Shown here: one piece after another, positions 9,009-18,730 of the stretch | How positions within the stretch are numbered: the stretch's first letter is position 1 | How the letters are laid out: the number at the start of each line of letters is the position of its first letter | DNA from: a virus | Lineage: Duplodnaviria; Caudoviricetes | Direction: 5' to 3' (one strand) | DNA: 61,913 nt | IMG/VR virus record: IMGVR_UViG_3300048587_000154 | Coordinates: 1 to 61,913 of that record | The notes under the pieces: generated by a model | What the model saw: only the letters and a program-made list of their open reading frames with translations | Told to the model about the DNA's origin: nothing | Databases searched by the model: none | Translations under genes and position numbers: made by a program

Positions 9009-9938
9009 TTAACCGAACAACGCGCTGATGCCGGAGCCTAGCAGCCCCCACAAGCCATCGTTGGAGCTTTCCTTGCTGGTTGCCGTGGTGGAATACGGCG
9101 CACCGTTGATCGCGCCGAGAATGCGCATGGCGTCGTCGTACTTCTTGTTCTTGATCGCCTCTTGGAAGCTCTGAATGGCGACGCGCTTCTCCTCATCGGC
9201 CTCGCGCTGCACCTGCCCGGAGTTGAACAGGGCGTCGTTGACCGCGTTCCACTGGTCTTGATACTGCCGGCCAAGCCCGGCGACGCCTGACGCAGCGGTG
9301 AGTTTGTTGGCCTGCTGGGCGAAATCGTTTTGCGAGTTGGCCGTATCGACGCCGAACTTTGCCGATCGATCGCCTGCTCGGATAGCCATCGCCGTATCGA
9401 ACGCATCCTTGTACGCCTGGCCGGTCACATCGGCGACATTGCGCGCCGTGGTGTCGTAGATGTCGCCTTCGAGAACGCCGTGGCGGGCATCGCCGAAGGC
9501 TCCCGACATGGTGGCACCGTCGGCGAGGTCGCGCCGGCCAATCTGCGCCTGCTTGTTCAACTCCCTGATCTGCGGCTGCAAAATCTGCTCAAGATACGGG
9601 TTCATGTCGCCCGCGATCGAGCCAAGCCAGCCGCTTTCGTCGGTGAGCTTCGTCGTGTTGATGTCGGCAGGGTTGAAGCCGGCGACGCTATCGAGCAAGC
9701 CGCCCGCCTTGTTGATGCCGAACAACTCGGCCAAGTCCTGATCGGCCATCCAGTTGACGTTGCCGATCGCCTTGTTCTGGCCGTCGGAAAGCGGCGTGTA
9801 GAGCGACTCGCCCGGCTTCGAGCCGTAGACATAATTGTCGCCGCTCTTGGTCCAGTCGGTGATCCCCTTTAGCGCATCTTTAGTCGGCGTCTCGATGTAG
9901 GCCGGTACGGTGTTGCTGCTGGTTGTCGTGGTTGCCAT
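9009..9938 (-). CDS. Putative internal virion / DNA-transfer protein
   Basis: MNPY..Q, GAFG..R.G motifs and a C-terminal Gly-rich helix typical of podovirus ejection proteins. Confidence 0.7.
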   Translation of the reverse strand: MATTTTSSNTVPAYIETPTKDALKGITDWTKSGDNYVYGSKPGESLYTPLSDGQNKAIGNVNWMADQDLAELFGINKAGGLLDSVAGFNPADINTTKLTDESGWLGSIAGDMNPYLEQILQPQIRELNKQAQIGRRDLADGATMSGAFGDARHGVLEGDIYDTTARNVADVTGQAYKDAFDTAMAIRAGDRSAKFGVDTANSQNDFAQQANKLTAASGVAGLGRQYQDQWNAVNDALFNSGQVQREADEEKRVAIQSFQEAIKNKKYDDAMRILGAINGAPYSTTATSKESSNDGLWGLLGSGISALFG

Positions 9939-9942
9939 GGTG

Positions 9943-10197
9943 TCAGCCTTTGACCACTTCCGCCGCCTTAAGGTCGGCGATCAGAGTTGCGAGGAAGTTT
10001 GCGATATCGCCCGCCGTCGCCGTCGAGGCGTCGAGCGTGCGGGTCTTGGTGTAGTTCGTGACGGTGTAGCCGGCCACAACGTCGATGAAGCGCTCGGCGT
10101 GCGATGCTTGTTCAATCTCGCGAAACGCCGCCAAGACGAACTTGTCGAACGGGTTTGAGGTGGCGGTGCGCGGCGCGCCAACGGTTACGGGCCTCAT
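9943..10197 (-). CDS. Small structural-operon protein (84 aa)
   Basis: ATGA overlap with the upstream gene; fills the gap exactly. Confidence 0.65.
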   Translation of the reverse strand: MRPVTVGAPRTATSNPFDKFVLAAFREIEQASHAERFIDVVAGYTVTNYTKTRTLDASTATAGDIANFLATLIADLKAAEVVKG

Positions 10198-12020
10198 CCG
10201 ATCGATCCCCGCTTCTTGCCGGCTACGCTCACTTCAAGCCCCCACCTGCCAAGCCTAAAATCGCCGCCCAGCACGTTTGAGGTGATGGTCATGCCGAACT
10301 GGCGACCTGACACGCGCGCATCCACAAGCTTGTCTGTAGGCTCGCACGGTAGCGTCTCCTCATGCATGATATCGTCCCTCGGATGATCCTTCCCGTAGAT
10401 ATGTACCATGAGTGTGCCCGCCTGGCGCTTGCAGTCGGGGACAAAGCCAAAAATATCAACGGAAGTGTTGTCGCCGTCGATGTCGCTGGGAGCGAGTTCG
10501 ATCCATGCCGGCAGGATCGTGCCGTCATCGTCATGCGTTTCGTCAACGTCGTGAATGTAGATGGTGCCGTTGAGGCCGAACAGGATCGGGCGCGTTTCAC
10601 CTGACTGGTATCGAGCATGGGCGCTGCGATCCCATGTCCCGTTCACCCATGCGTAATTGTTGTCGATGCTGACCATCACGTACAGATTTGGTTCGGTCGA
10701 TCCTTGTGACGGATAGACGAACCACACCTCGTTGTAGGTCGGGTTGTAAAAGGCGAACGTCTTGGTGATGTGTTCCTTGTTGATGCTGCGAAACACATAA
10801 TCGCGCATGTCCTCTTGGTTCGGGATGTTCTGCACCGATCCGTCGTACATGAAGAAACCGCGCTCGCTCATCCAGAAGGCCGCGCCCTTGTCGGACGTGT
10901 GCGCATTCGGCCCGACCAGCCCGCAATTGTCGCCCACCGATCGCGAGGCGTAGGAGGTCGATCCGCCCGTGAATTGGAACATGAAGGCGTTGGTGTCGGA
11001 CCATACGATGTTGAGGCCACCGCCCAGCCTGCGCCCGCCCATCAAGCGGGTTCCACCTTGCAACTTGCGCTCGTTGGCGCGGTTGGTGTCGCTCGGCGTC
11101 CAATCCGTCGGGTCGAGAACATCCGGCCACCTGACCGTCATCGAGTCGAATGTGCCGGCGAGCGTGATGCAGCCCAGCGCCATGACGTAGCGCTCCTCCG
11201 TCACGTAGACGTATCGGACTTGCGTCGGCGCACCCGCGATCTGCGCCGGGCGCTGGTTGCCGGTCGAGGTGTCGTAGAGATACAAGCCGCCGTTCATCGG
11301 GTTGACGATCAAGTCCTCGCCATAGAGGTCCATCGACCAGTTCGACGGCTCTGTGATGATCGCGGACGCCAGCGAAGCATCCACGCCCCAGCCGCCAATA
11401 CCCCATCCGCCAACGCCCCAGCCCAACACGTATTCCGGGCTGTCGGAGCCGCAATTGAGTTCGTAGGACGCCAGCACGGAAGCGCCGCCGGTGGTCGAGT
11501 CGGTCGAGCTTGCCGGCGCTGAATGCTCGATCGTGTAGCTGTTCACGTCAATGATGGTCGCGACCTCGTATTCCCCGTCGATCGTGATCCCGCCGCCTGC
11601 GGTCGCGCCGGAGAATTTGACGATGGTGCCAACCTGCGTGATGCCGTGATTGTTGTCAGTCACCGTCACGGTGTTGTCGCCGCTGACGACGGCGAACGGG
11701 TCGGTCGCAAGCGCGATGTTGGTGGCGTCGGTGCGAAAGGGAGTGATCTTGGAGAGCGTGTTTTCGCGCAACAGGTAGAGCGAGCATGCCGTGCCGAACA
11801 CAAGGCACTGAACGCCGATGAAGGAAGCCCACGCCTTGGCCGTGCGAGCGATGCCGTCGAAGGCTCCGACGGCTGGTGCAAGCTTCGTGGTGCCGCCGAT
11901 CTTTTCCGGCCTGCCCTTGACGAAACGGACGTGGTTGCAGTCGAGCCAACGGCCCGTCGTAGCGTAATCGCTATCCGACTTGACGATGCCTGGCGGTATC
12001 TCGATTGCAACGAACGGCAT
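10194..12020 (-). CDS. Tail nozzle / stabilisation protein (P22 gp10 / T7 gp12-like)
   Basis: 608 aa, beta-rich, starts IPPGIVK..Y...GRWLD.N.VRF..G.PEKIGG; position after fibre genes. Confidence 0.75.
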   Translation of the reverse strand: MPFVAIEIPPGIVKSDSDYATTGRWLDCNHVRFVKGRPEKIGGTTKLAPAVGAFDGIARTAKAWASFIGVQCLVFGTACSLYLLRENTLSKITPFRTDATNIALATDPFAVVSGDNTVTVTDNNHGITQVGTIVKFSGATAGGGITIDGEYEVATIIDVNSYTIEHSAPASSTDSTTGGASVLASYELNCGSDSPEYVLGWGVGGWGIGGWGVDASLASAIITEPSNWSMDLYGEDLIVNPMNGGLYLYDTSTGNQRPAQIAGAPTQVRYVYVTEERYVMALGCITLAGTFDSMTVRWPDVLDPTDWTPSDTNRANERKLQGGTRLMGGRRLGGGLNIVWSDTNAFMFQFTGGSTSYASRSVGDNCGLVGPNAHTSDKGAAFWMSERGFFMYDGSVQNIPNQEDMRDYVFRSINKEHITKTFAFYNPTYNEVWFVYPSQGSTEPNLYVMVSIDNNYAWVNGTWDRSAHARYQSGETRPILFGLNGTIYIHDVDETHDDDGTILPAWIELAPSDIDGDNTSVDIFGFVPDCKRQAGTLMVHIYGKDHPRDDIMHEETLPCEPTDKLVDARVSGRQFGMTITSNVLGGDFRLGRWGLEVSVAGKKRGSIG

Positions 12021-12030
12021 TAGCGGGCCT

Positions 12031-12285
12031 TCACTCCGGCGTTTCGGGCGCGAGGATCACAGCGGGATCGAGGCCAAGAGCCTGCACCAAGCCGATAGCG
12101 TCAGGATCGTCGCAGTAGACAACCGGACGGTCAGGGGCGAACCAGCGGGCGAAATAGACCGCATTACTGTCGAGGGCGGCCTTGGCTTCGGCCATCTTCC
12201 CAGCCGCGATGATGCGGGTCTGCACGATGGATTTCGGCACCACCTGACGAACGGACGGCGCTGGCCGCACGATGATAACGCTCAT
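12031..12285 (-). CDS. Putative tail-fibre assembly protein
   Basis: Small ORF coupled by ATGA overlap downstream of the fibre gene. Confidence 0.55.
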   Translation of the reverse strand: MSVIIVRPAPSVRQVVPKSIVQTRIIAAGKMAEAKAALDSNAVYFARWFAPDRPVVYCDDPDAIGLVQALGLDPAVILAPETPE

Positions 12286-12527
12286 TGTTCCTGCTCCTGT
12301 TCAGCGAACCACGCTTCAGCGCCGATGCCGTATCCGTCTGGCGTCGAGAAGTCCGCCGCCCATTGGCTGCGTTCGCTGCGATCCGCTGGAATGTCGCTCT
12401 CGTCTACGATCCTGTAGGGAACGCCGGCCGGTACGTCTTTGCGCGCGGCCTCTGCAATGTCCCAGCCCTTGCCGGGGATCAGAACGGCCACGCCTCCGTC
12501 ATCAGTTGGATGGATAATGCGCTGCAT
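12282..12527 (-). CDS. Putative tail-fibre assembly chaperone
   Basis: GGVAVLIP..A.KDVPAG.PY.IVD.SDIP.DR..R..W motif, directly after the fibre gene. Confidence 0.65.
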   Translation of the reverse strand: MQRIIHPTDDGGVAVLIPGKGWDIAEAARKDVPAGVPYRIVDESDIPADRSERSQWAADFSTPDGYGIGAEAWFAEQEQEQ

Positions 12528-12530
12528 CGA

Positions 12531-13982
12531 TCAGTCTCCGTGAATGGCCACATGGGCATACGTCACATCGCGGGCTCCTGCCGAGACGTTTGTGTCCAGG
12601 TAGCGGCTGTTGAGCCTTACAGCCGTGGTGGATGGTGCCGTTGAGGCGTGGATGCCAGCGCTGACAGAGGCGAGGCCTGGCCCAGCCATGATCGGAACGT
12701 CTACCGTGAACGAAACGGCATAATTCGCGTTTGGCATGGCCGTCGCGAAGTTGACCGTATAGTCCCCAACGCCGTTGTCAGTGATCGATGAGACGTTGAA
12801 GCTGTCCCGAATGGCGATGGTTCCGCCGCCATTGAAATTGACCCACGCCTTGGCCATGCCTTGATGCCCATCGACGTACTGTTTAGGGGCAGCGTGCAAG
12901 GCGCTTGATGGATTGCCGGATAGCGTGAGCGCTCCGGTCATGACGCCGCCAATCAAAAGCAGCACGTCATCCGACCATGGCACCGAACGCCATGGCCCCC
13001 AGTCCGTGGCCGCGATGTTCCGCACCCATATGTTGCGCGAACTGATGCTTGAGTACGGGATGAGGATTTGCGTCAAGCGCGTGTCATTCGTCTTGATGAC
13101 CAGCGCATGATAGAGGCCTGCGGAGGGCGGCGCGTTGGCGATGGCTCCCGTCGTGAACTCGACGCGATGTTGCCACCCAGCCGTCAGGTACGTGTTCATG
13201 TTTGGATCGGTGACGTTCGCCGTGGACAGAGGCACCCACGGCGGCACCAGCATGGATGCTTGCACGGCGGCTTGGATGACTTCCAGCGAGGTCGATGTGA
13301 CCGCCCGGAAGGCCGTGCCTGTGCACACCACAATCGCGAACGATCCGTCTGGAATGACCAGCGTCGCAGCGCCATTGATGAGTTCGCTTGCGTCGGGGTT
13401 GATCGTGACCGCGCCGCCGTTCGCCATGACAAGGCAAACCCACTGGTCGCCAAGCAGGGCGGCGGGCTTGAACGCCAGCGTCAGCGTTGCCGAACATTCA
13501 AAAAAGGCCCCATCGTCTGATGGGACCGCTGTGTACCCTGATGCTTTCAGGGCGTACTTCGTTCGAGCGCCCGCGCCGCTGGCCCGCGTCAAGGTGATAG
13601 GAACGATATCGGTCCCGTTCGAAGTGACCAGCGCCGATCCGCCTTGCGGGATGACAACGCCCGCGCCCGCGTCGGTCTTGAACGTCACCGTGTAATCGCC
13701 GGTGCAGGCGTTCTTGACCATCCAGAAGCCCTTGCGGCCACTGGTCTCAACCGCGACGTTCGCAACCAGCGCGCCGGATAGCAGGATCAGGGACGAAAGT
13801 TCCTCGTCTGCGGTAAGCAGAACGTCCGAGCCGGTCAACGTCTTGGCTGTCACCTCGCCAAGCGCTTTTTCGAGGCGGCTGAAATTCCGGTCGGTCACGT
13901 CGCCCCAGTTGGTGTCATCGCCGTATGACGACTCGCCTTGGACAAGGTTCACCAGTTGCAGGATTGCACTTATCGTTGCCAT
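12531..13982 (-). CDS. Tail fibre protein
   Basis: Pyocin-knob-like segment (NAPP..TQ..IWVRN..WGPW), GG.MTGAL..P...LHAA.KQYVD repeat, C-terminal AKAWVNFNG..FNVSSITDNG.GDYTVNF. Confidence 0.85.
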   Translation of the reverse strand: MATISAILQLVNLVQGESSYGDDTNWGDVTDRNFSRLEKALGEVTAKTLTGSDVLLTADEELSSLILLSGALVANVAVETSGRKGFWMVKNACTGDYTVTFKTDAGAGVVIPQGGSALVTSNGTDIVPITLTRASGAGARTKYALKASGYTAVPSDDGAFFECSATLTLAFKPAALLGDQWVCLVMANGGAVTINPDASELINGAATLVIPDGSFAIVVCTGTAFRAVTSTSLEVIQAAVQASMLVPPWVPLSTANVTDPNMNTYLTAGWQHRVEFTTGAIANAPPSAGLYHALVIKTNDTRLTQILIPYSSISSRNIWVRNIAATDWGPWRSVPWSDDVLLLIGGVMTGALTLSGNPSSALHAAPKQYVDGHQGMAKAWVNFNGGGTIAIRDSFNVSSITDNGVGDYTVNFATAMPNANYAVSFTVDVPIMAGPGLASVSAGIHASTAPSTTAVRLNSRYLDTNVSAGARDVTYAHVAIHGD

Positions 13983-14618
13983 TTACCGGGCCTCTCGCCA
14001 GTTGAAATCAAGTTCCATGCCGCGCATGTGAAGATCGCCCTCTTTCTTGACCTCCTCGACCTGTGCCATCGCCTTTATCTCGGCGCGGTCCATGGCGTCG
14101 TACTCCTTGCGCGCTTCTGCCGCGAACATCAGGCAGGCGCGGCGCAAGAGCGTTGGATAGCGATCGGTGAGGAAGTTGGTGGTGTTGGACGGCGAAAGCC
14201 TGTCAGGCGAGCCGTAATAGACGAACCTGCCGGTGTAGGCCATGTCGGCGCGGCTGTTGAATTGCAGCTTTTGGCCGAGGATGGAATAGGCCGTAGGCAT
14301 GGAGGCCTGCAACACGCCTGCGGTGTCGAGCGCCAGGCTCTCGCGAAAGCGATGTGTGTCGAGCAAGGGCATGTCGTTGATGTAGCCGGGGATCGCCAAC
14401 TGGATCGGATCGAGGAAGCCGGCTGGGGCTGTGACCTCACTGACCCCTTGGGCTATGGCAAGATCGCCCTCGCGGTGCATTTCGCGGATGCGTATCTTGC
14501 TGAAAATCCAAGACTGCGCCTCATCGAGAATGCCGGCACTATCGATGCGCTTGTAGTTGATCCAATACTTGATTGAACCTTCTACGTCGGCATCCGCGAT
14601 GAGGGTAGCATAGTCCAT
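13983..14618 (-). CDS. Head-tail adaptor (tubular protein A-like)
   Basis: Starts MDY..L and contains LS.SNTTNFLT..YP.LL; size and position fit an adaptor. Confidence 0.7.
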   Translation of the reverse strand: MDYATLIADADVEGSIKYWINYKRIDSAGILDEAQSWIFSKIRIREMHREGDLAIAQGVSEVTAPAGFLDPIQLAIPGYINDMPLLDTHRFRESLALDTAGVLQASMPTAYSILGQKLQFNSRADMAYTGRFVYYGSPDRLSPSNTTNFLTDRYPTLLRRACLMFAAEARKEYDAMDRAEIKAMAQVEEVKKEGDLHMRGMELDFNWREAR

Positions 14619-14627
14619 GTCGCCCCT

Positions 14628-15038
14628 TTATTTCGGCAGGACGCCGAGTTGCTTGAGAGACTGGATCAAGGCCTGCTTTCCGGAGGTGTCCACGTCGTCG
14701 CCGTACAGGGCGGCGGCTGCGGCTTTCACCTTGAACCATTCATATTTCTGTTCGCCAGATGCCCATAGCGTGAAGTCAACCGCGTTGGCGCTGTCATCCT
14801 TGCTGGGATCGGGCGCTTGCTGCTGTCCAGATGGTGGGGGCTGTTGGGTTTGCGACGCAACGGGGGCGGATTTCTCCGCCCCTATCGTGTAGCGCTTCCC
14901 GCTGCCCCGCTGACTGAACAGGTACGTGCCATTGCCGGCGAAAAAGTGCTCGCCGTCTTGATACTGCGCCCCGTCATATTCAGGCTGAATGTGCCCGATC
15001 GACGGCTTGTTCCTGTCCAGCTTTGGGATGTCGGTCAT
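14628..15038 (-). CDS. Hypothetical structural-operon protein
   Basis: GGAG RBS, typical codon use. Confidence 0.7.
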   Translation of the reverse strand: MTDIPKLDRNKPSIGHIQPEYDGAQYQDGEHFFAGNGTYLFSQRGSGKRYTIGAEKSAPVASQTQQPPPSGQQQAPDPSKDDSANAVDFTLWASGEQKYEWFKVKAAAAALYGDDVDTSGKQALIQSLKQLGVLPK

Positions 15039-15070
15039 TGTCGCTCTACTCCGTGGTGCCGTTGTGCGGC

Positions 15071-15247
15071 TTAGTCGTTCGGCACCCGGCCATCCTTGAT
15101 GGAATGGCTAAGATCGCCGACCGATCCTTTCATCTTCCCCGTGAGCGACTTCTTGTCGGCTCCTGCGTAGCTGGAATTGTCCAGCCCGGTGGAAGTCACG
15201 ATCTTGGTGCCGCGAGCGCCACCCTTCGTGTTGGTGTTTTCAGGCAT
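15071..15247 (-). CDS. Hypothetical protein (58 aa)
   Basis: GGAG 9 nt before ATG 15247. Confidence 0.55.
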   Translation of the reverse strand: MPENTNTKGGARGTKIVTSTGLDNSSYAGADKKSLTGKMKGSVGDLSHSIKDGRVPND

Positions 15248-15248
15248 G

Positions 15249-15473
15249 TCAGTAGTCTCCATAGAGGCTGCCGCTGTATTCCCGTTCGTTTTCGTCCATC
15301 AGCGACGGGCTGGCATAGTCCTCGCTGTAGTTCGAGCGGTTACGGCGGTCGAGCGGTTCACGATGACGGACGGTGTAGCCGTCCTCTGCGGCGTTCCCGC
15401 TCTCATCCGCGCTGATGCCCTTCGGCTTCTTTACGCAGTTGGGGGAGCGAGAGACGTAACGGCGCTTGTCCAT
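15249..15473 (-). CDS. Hypothetical protein (74 aa)
   Basis: AGGGAG RBS, packed in the operon. Confidence 0.55.
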   Translation of the reverse strand: MDKRRYVSRSPNCVKKPKGISADESGNAAEDGYTVRHREPLDRRNRSNYSEDYASPSLMDENEREYSGSLYGDY

Positions 15474-15527
15474 GCGGGCAAACTCCCTTGAGGTTGAGCC
15501 AGGCGCACGGATGCGCCCGGCGTTGGC

Positions 15528-15908
15528 TTAGTCGGCGTAGTCTACGACGATGGTGACGTAGCCTTGTCCGGTCGGCGTGCCGCCCGTCTTGACGAACACA
15601 ACCTCGATCTGTCCTGCGGGCAGATTGGCGTCGATGATGGCATCAGGATCGAGACCATCAGTTGCGCATGTCGTGTCGGTCGCGGCGAGCGTGCCAAGAT
15701 CGAAGCTGGCATAGGCATCAGGATCGGCGGAAGTGCCGACGTTGACCTTGCCGCCCGTGGTGAACACCTCGACGCCGGTCACGATGATATCGACAAGCGT
15801 GCCCTTCTTGCCCTTTGGGCCTTTGAAGGACGTGGCGATGTCGGCACCTGTGCCGAAGTCGATAAGGCCGAACGCGAAGTGGCGACGGTTGGGGTTGGAG
15901 TAAGACAT
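15528..15908 (-). CDS. Putative capsid decoration/cement protein
   Basis: 126 aa, beta-rich (V.VGTSADPDAY), immediately after the major capsid gene. Confidence 0.65.
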   Translation of the reverse strand: MSYSNPNRRHFAFGLIDFGTGADIATSFKGPKGKKGTLVDIIVTGVEVFTTGGKVNVGTSADPDAYASFDLGTLAATDTTCATDGLDPDAIIDANLPAGQIEVVFVKTGGTPTGQGYVTIVVDYAD

Positions 15909-15957
15909 TTCCTTGTGTCTCCGTTACCGGCCTAGCCGGCATCATGTGTTGAGAGGT

Positions 15958-15983
15958 GGTAGGCCGGAGCGATCCGGCCTACC
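15958..15983. terminator. Hairpin after the capsid gene (attenuator or mRNA-stabilising stem)
   Basis: ggtaggccgga-gcga-tccggcctacc, 11-bp perfect stem with no U-tract. Confidence 0.45.
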
Positions 15984-15992
15984 GGGATCGGA

Positions 15993-17012
15993 TTAAGCCG
16001 CCGAGTCCCACAGGATGATGCGCGCGTTGAGCGCGTCGGGATGGCACAGGCCAGCTTCGCCGAGATAGTAGTAGGCCACGCCGTTGTCGCGACCATAGTC
16101 CTGCGGCAGCTTCGAGCGGATTTCCTCGGGAACAGCCGGGCTTTCGATCACCGTGTCGGCACCGAAGAACAGTGCCCACGACGACTTGGCGTTGTTCCAC
16201 GGGTCTGCCGCCGCCTGGTAGATGTAGTTGGCGCTGGCCGCATTGGCTGCACCCGCTACAAAGGCGGCGTCATTCGCGTGGCCCTTCGGGATTTCGTTCT
16301 GCTCGATGAAGCGAGTCGACTCGTAACGCCCGATTTCACCAGCAAAGATCATGCTGATGCCGGTCTCCGTGTACTGATGAATGTCCTCAAGCTCGTTCTT
16401 GAAGCCACGGAAGGTGGTTGGGTGTGAGATAGCGCAATAATCGTCGCCGGCAAACGGCGGGATATTGCGCTCCTTGGCGGTGTCCACGATCGCCTTAACG
16501 TGGGCGGCGGTCATGGCGAGGTTGTTGGTGGTGGCCGTCGCGCCGTTCGTGGTGAGAACGATCGAGGCGACGTCGGTGCCAGATACAGGCGCAACGCGCA
16601 GCGGCGTGCGGAAGAACTGGTAGGCCGTCATACGGTCGAACACCTTGCGGGCGTCGTCGCGCAACGTCTGGTCGATCACGTCCTTAACATCGTGTTCGCC
16701 CAGCAACTCGACCTTCTTGGTGAAGGGCACGGAATTGCCGAACTCGCCGATGGTAAGCGAACGCTGCTGGATGGAGAACTGGGTCTCCGGCATGCGCTGG
16801 CCTTCGAGGATCGGGCCACCACGGGTCTCCAGCGTTGAGTACACGTTCCAATTGTACGTGTCCCCCTTGTGGAGACCAAGGGCGTCGTCTTTCGCGTCCG
16901 CGAGATTGCGGAATTTGGTGCGCGGCTGCAACTCCATGCGGAGGTATTCGGAGAGGTTATCCGAATACAGGAAGCCGCCGCTGGCATCAGAGGACCAAAG
17001 CTGTCCGGTCAT
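15993..17012 (-). CDS. Major capsid protein
   Basis: 339 aa after the scaffold; EFGNSVP.T, GEIGRYE..RFIE, DYGR..GVA.YY motifs. Confidence 0.88.
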   Translation of the reverse strand: MTGQLWSSDASGGFLYSDNLSEYLRMELQPRTKFRNLADAKDDALGLHKGDTYNWNVYSTLETRGGPILEGQRMPETQFSIQQRSLTIGEFGNSVPFTKKVELLGEHDVKDVIDQTLRDDARKVFDRMTAYQFFRTPLRVAPVSGTDVASIVLTTNGATATTNNLAMTAAHVKAIVDTAKERNIPPFAGDDYCAISHPTTFRGFKNELEDIHQYTETGISMIFAGEIGRYESTRFIEQNEIPKGHANDAAFVAGAANAASANYIYQAAADPWNNAKSSWALFFGADTVIESPAVPEEIRSKLPQDYGRDNGVAYYYLGEAGLCHPDALNARIILWDSAA

Positions 17013-17043
17013 AGTCTCATTTCCTTTGTGCTGCCGGGCACCC

Positions 17044-18309
17044 TCAACGGCGCTTGCCGCGTGCCGCCTGCATATTGCGGACGGCCTGCAATCGCACTTC
17101 TTGCCGCGTTTTCTCGGTCGCTGGCAGTTGTGAGGGCTGGATAGCCCGGCGTGGTTGTGACGTGATCTGCTGTTTGCGGTCAGCGCGGGCAGTCAGATCG
17201 GGCGTGTTGGGGTTGGCGACGGTGGCGCGGCGAAGCCCCAGTTGCTTCATGACGCTCTCACCGGCCCTTGTGACGACATCTGCACGGGAAGGTAGGACGT
17301 GTCCCAGCCTCTCCATTTCGTCGTAGCAGTAGCGTGCGGCCTGCAACTCGGACATGCCGTGTTCACGCTTCAAGCTCTCGACAAAGCCATCTTCTAGACC
17401 GGCCTCGCGCATGGCATCCCGCATGATGACGATGGACTCTTGGGCAATAGCCGTTCGACCAAGCGGGGTGTGCATGACTGGCACGTCGTTGACCTTCACG
17501 TCGTTGAAGGTGTTGAGCGCGTCGGAGACCTCTTGCGTGCGGCGGGTGTTCTCTTGGACGGTCGCCATGTGCTGGTCGATCACGTCATCGAGGTTGCCGA
17601 TCCTCTCACGCACTCGGTTTTCGATCTGCTCACCGAATTTAAGCATGGCCTCTTTGGCCTGCTCCTTGTCGCCGACCTGAATGCGATCGACAATTTCGTC
17701 AAGGTCAACGTCGCCCGGTGTGGCTGCCGGTTCGCGTCCCCTGACGGCTTCCGAATTGGTCTCGACGGCGGGTGTGGCTGCCCGCAACGCTTTGACTTCC
17801 TCCAAGAATTTCGCGGCCTCGTCTCGCGACTGCTTGGCCTTCGACAAAATGTCGTCGCTGGCAAGCGCGCGGCTGGCGTGGGCAAGAAGATCATCCTCGG
17901 TGACCGTCACATCACGCCCATTGATCTTGAGCGTGCGGGTCTTGGGAGCGTCTTGCTGGTTTTGCTCTACGTTCGGATCGCCGGCCTGCCTGGCTTCGGC
18001 GATGCGATCGGAGCGGGTTCGGGTGTTTTCCCCAAAGAACTGTTTCTCGCGATCGGGCGGGACGATGGCGAACTCGTTTTCGCCCTCACGGGCCTCGCGA
18101 TTGGCCTTGGCCTTGGCGTAGATGTCGCCGCGCTTCTTGTCGAAGGGCGATCCGACTACGATTTCCTTCTTTTCGGTCTCGGCCTCGATCGGCTTCTCGC
18201 GCTCTATGACCGTCTCGGCGCGCGATGTCACATCTTCGACGCCGGCTTGACGCTGCGCTTCCTCGATCTGCTGGTTTTCAGTCCGTACAGTGTCGTTTTC
18301 GGTGCCCAT
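17044..18309 (-). CDS. Capsid scaffolding protein
   Basis: Acidic and helical, LKINGRDVTVT motif, basic C-terminus; precedes the capsid gene. Confidence 0.75.
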   Translation of the reverse strand: MGTENDTVRTENQQIEEAQRQAGVEDVTSRAETVIEREKPIEAETEKKEIVVGSPFDKKRGDIYAKAKANREAREGENEFAIVPPDREKQFFGENTRTRSDRIAEARQAGDPNVEQNQQDAPKTRTLKINGRDVTVTEDDLLAHASRALASDDILSKAKQSRDEAAKFLEEVKALRAATPAVETNSEAVRGREPAATPGDVDLDEIVDRIQVGDKEQAKEAMLKFGEQIENRVRERIGNLDDVIDQHMATVQENTRRTQEVSDALNTFNDVKVNDVPVMHTPLGRTAIAQESIVIMRDAMREAGLEDGFVESLKREHGMSELQAARYCYDEMERLGHVLPSRADVVTRAGESVMKQLGLRRATVANPNTPDLTARADRKQQITSQPRRAIQPSQLPATEKTRQEVRLQAVRNMQAARGKRR

Positions 18310-18313
18310 TGGA

Positions 18314-18685
18314 TCAATAGTCCTTCTGTTGCTGGTCAGCTTCGCCCAAAAGCTTCTGCATTTCCGCCTGCTCCTCGACGCTCAAATCCTCGACGGCTGC
18401 CGCACCGTTTTCGAGGATTTCATCGAAGTAGGAGACCAGCGCCCAAAAACGACGCACGCGCCACTGCAACTCGCGGATGATGGCTGCCTTGGTTGGGTCG
18501 CACTTGATGAGCGCTGCGTTGGCCGCGATTGCCTGTTCGCGGGCGCTGTCAAACACGGTTCGGATCGCACTACCCGGCTGCGCATACGTGCGCTTGAGGT
18601 CGAAGTAGGGCGCAAGAACGGACACGCGCTCCTGCTCCTCGCGTGAAACATCGTCCTCGTTGGTGTCTCGATCGAGCATGTTCAT
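18314..18685 (-). CDS. Hypothetical head-module protein
   Basis: Helical 123-aa ORF upstream of the scaffold. Confidence 0.6.
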   Translation of the reverse strand: MNMLDRDTNEDDVSREEQERVSVLAPYFDLKRTYAQPGSAIRTVFDSAREQAIAANAALIKCDPTKAAIIRELQWRVRRFWALVSYFDEILENGAAAVEDLSVEEQAEMQKLLGEADQQQKDY

Positions 18686-18730
18686 GCTTTTGGCTGTAGC
18701 CTATTCGTGCAAAAGGCGTAAGTGGCGTGC

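Noticed and set aside
15958-15983. REP-like palindrome
   Set aside because: Single copy directly after the capsid gene; better explained as an mRNA hairpin.
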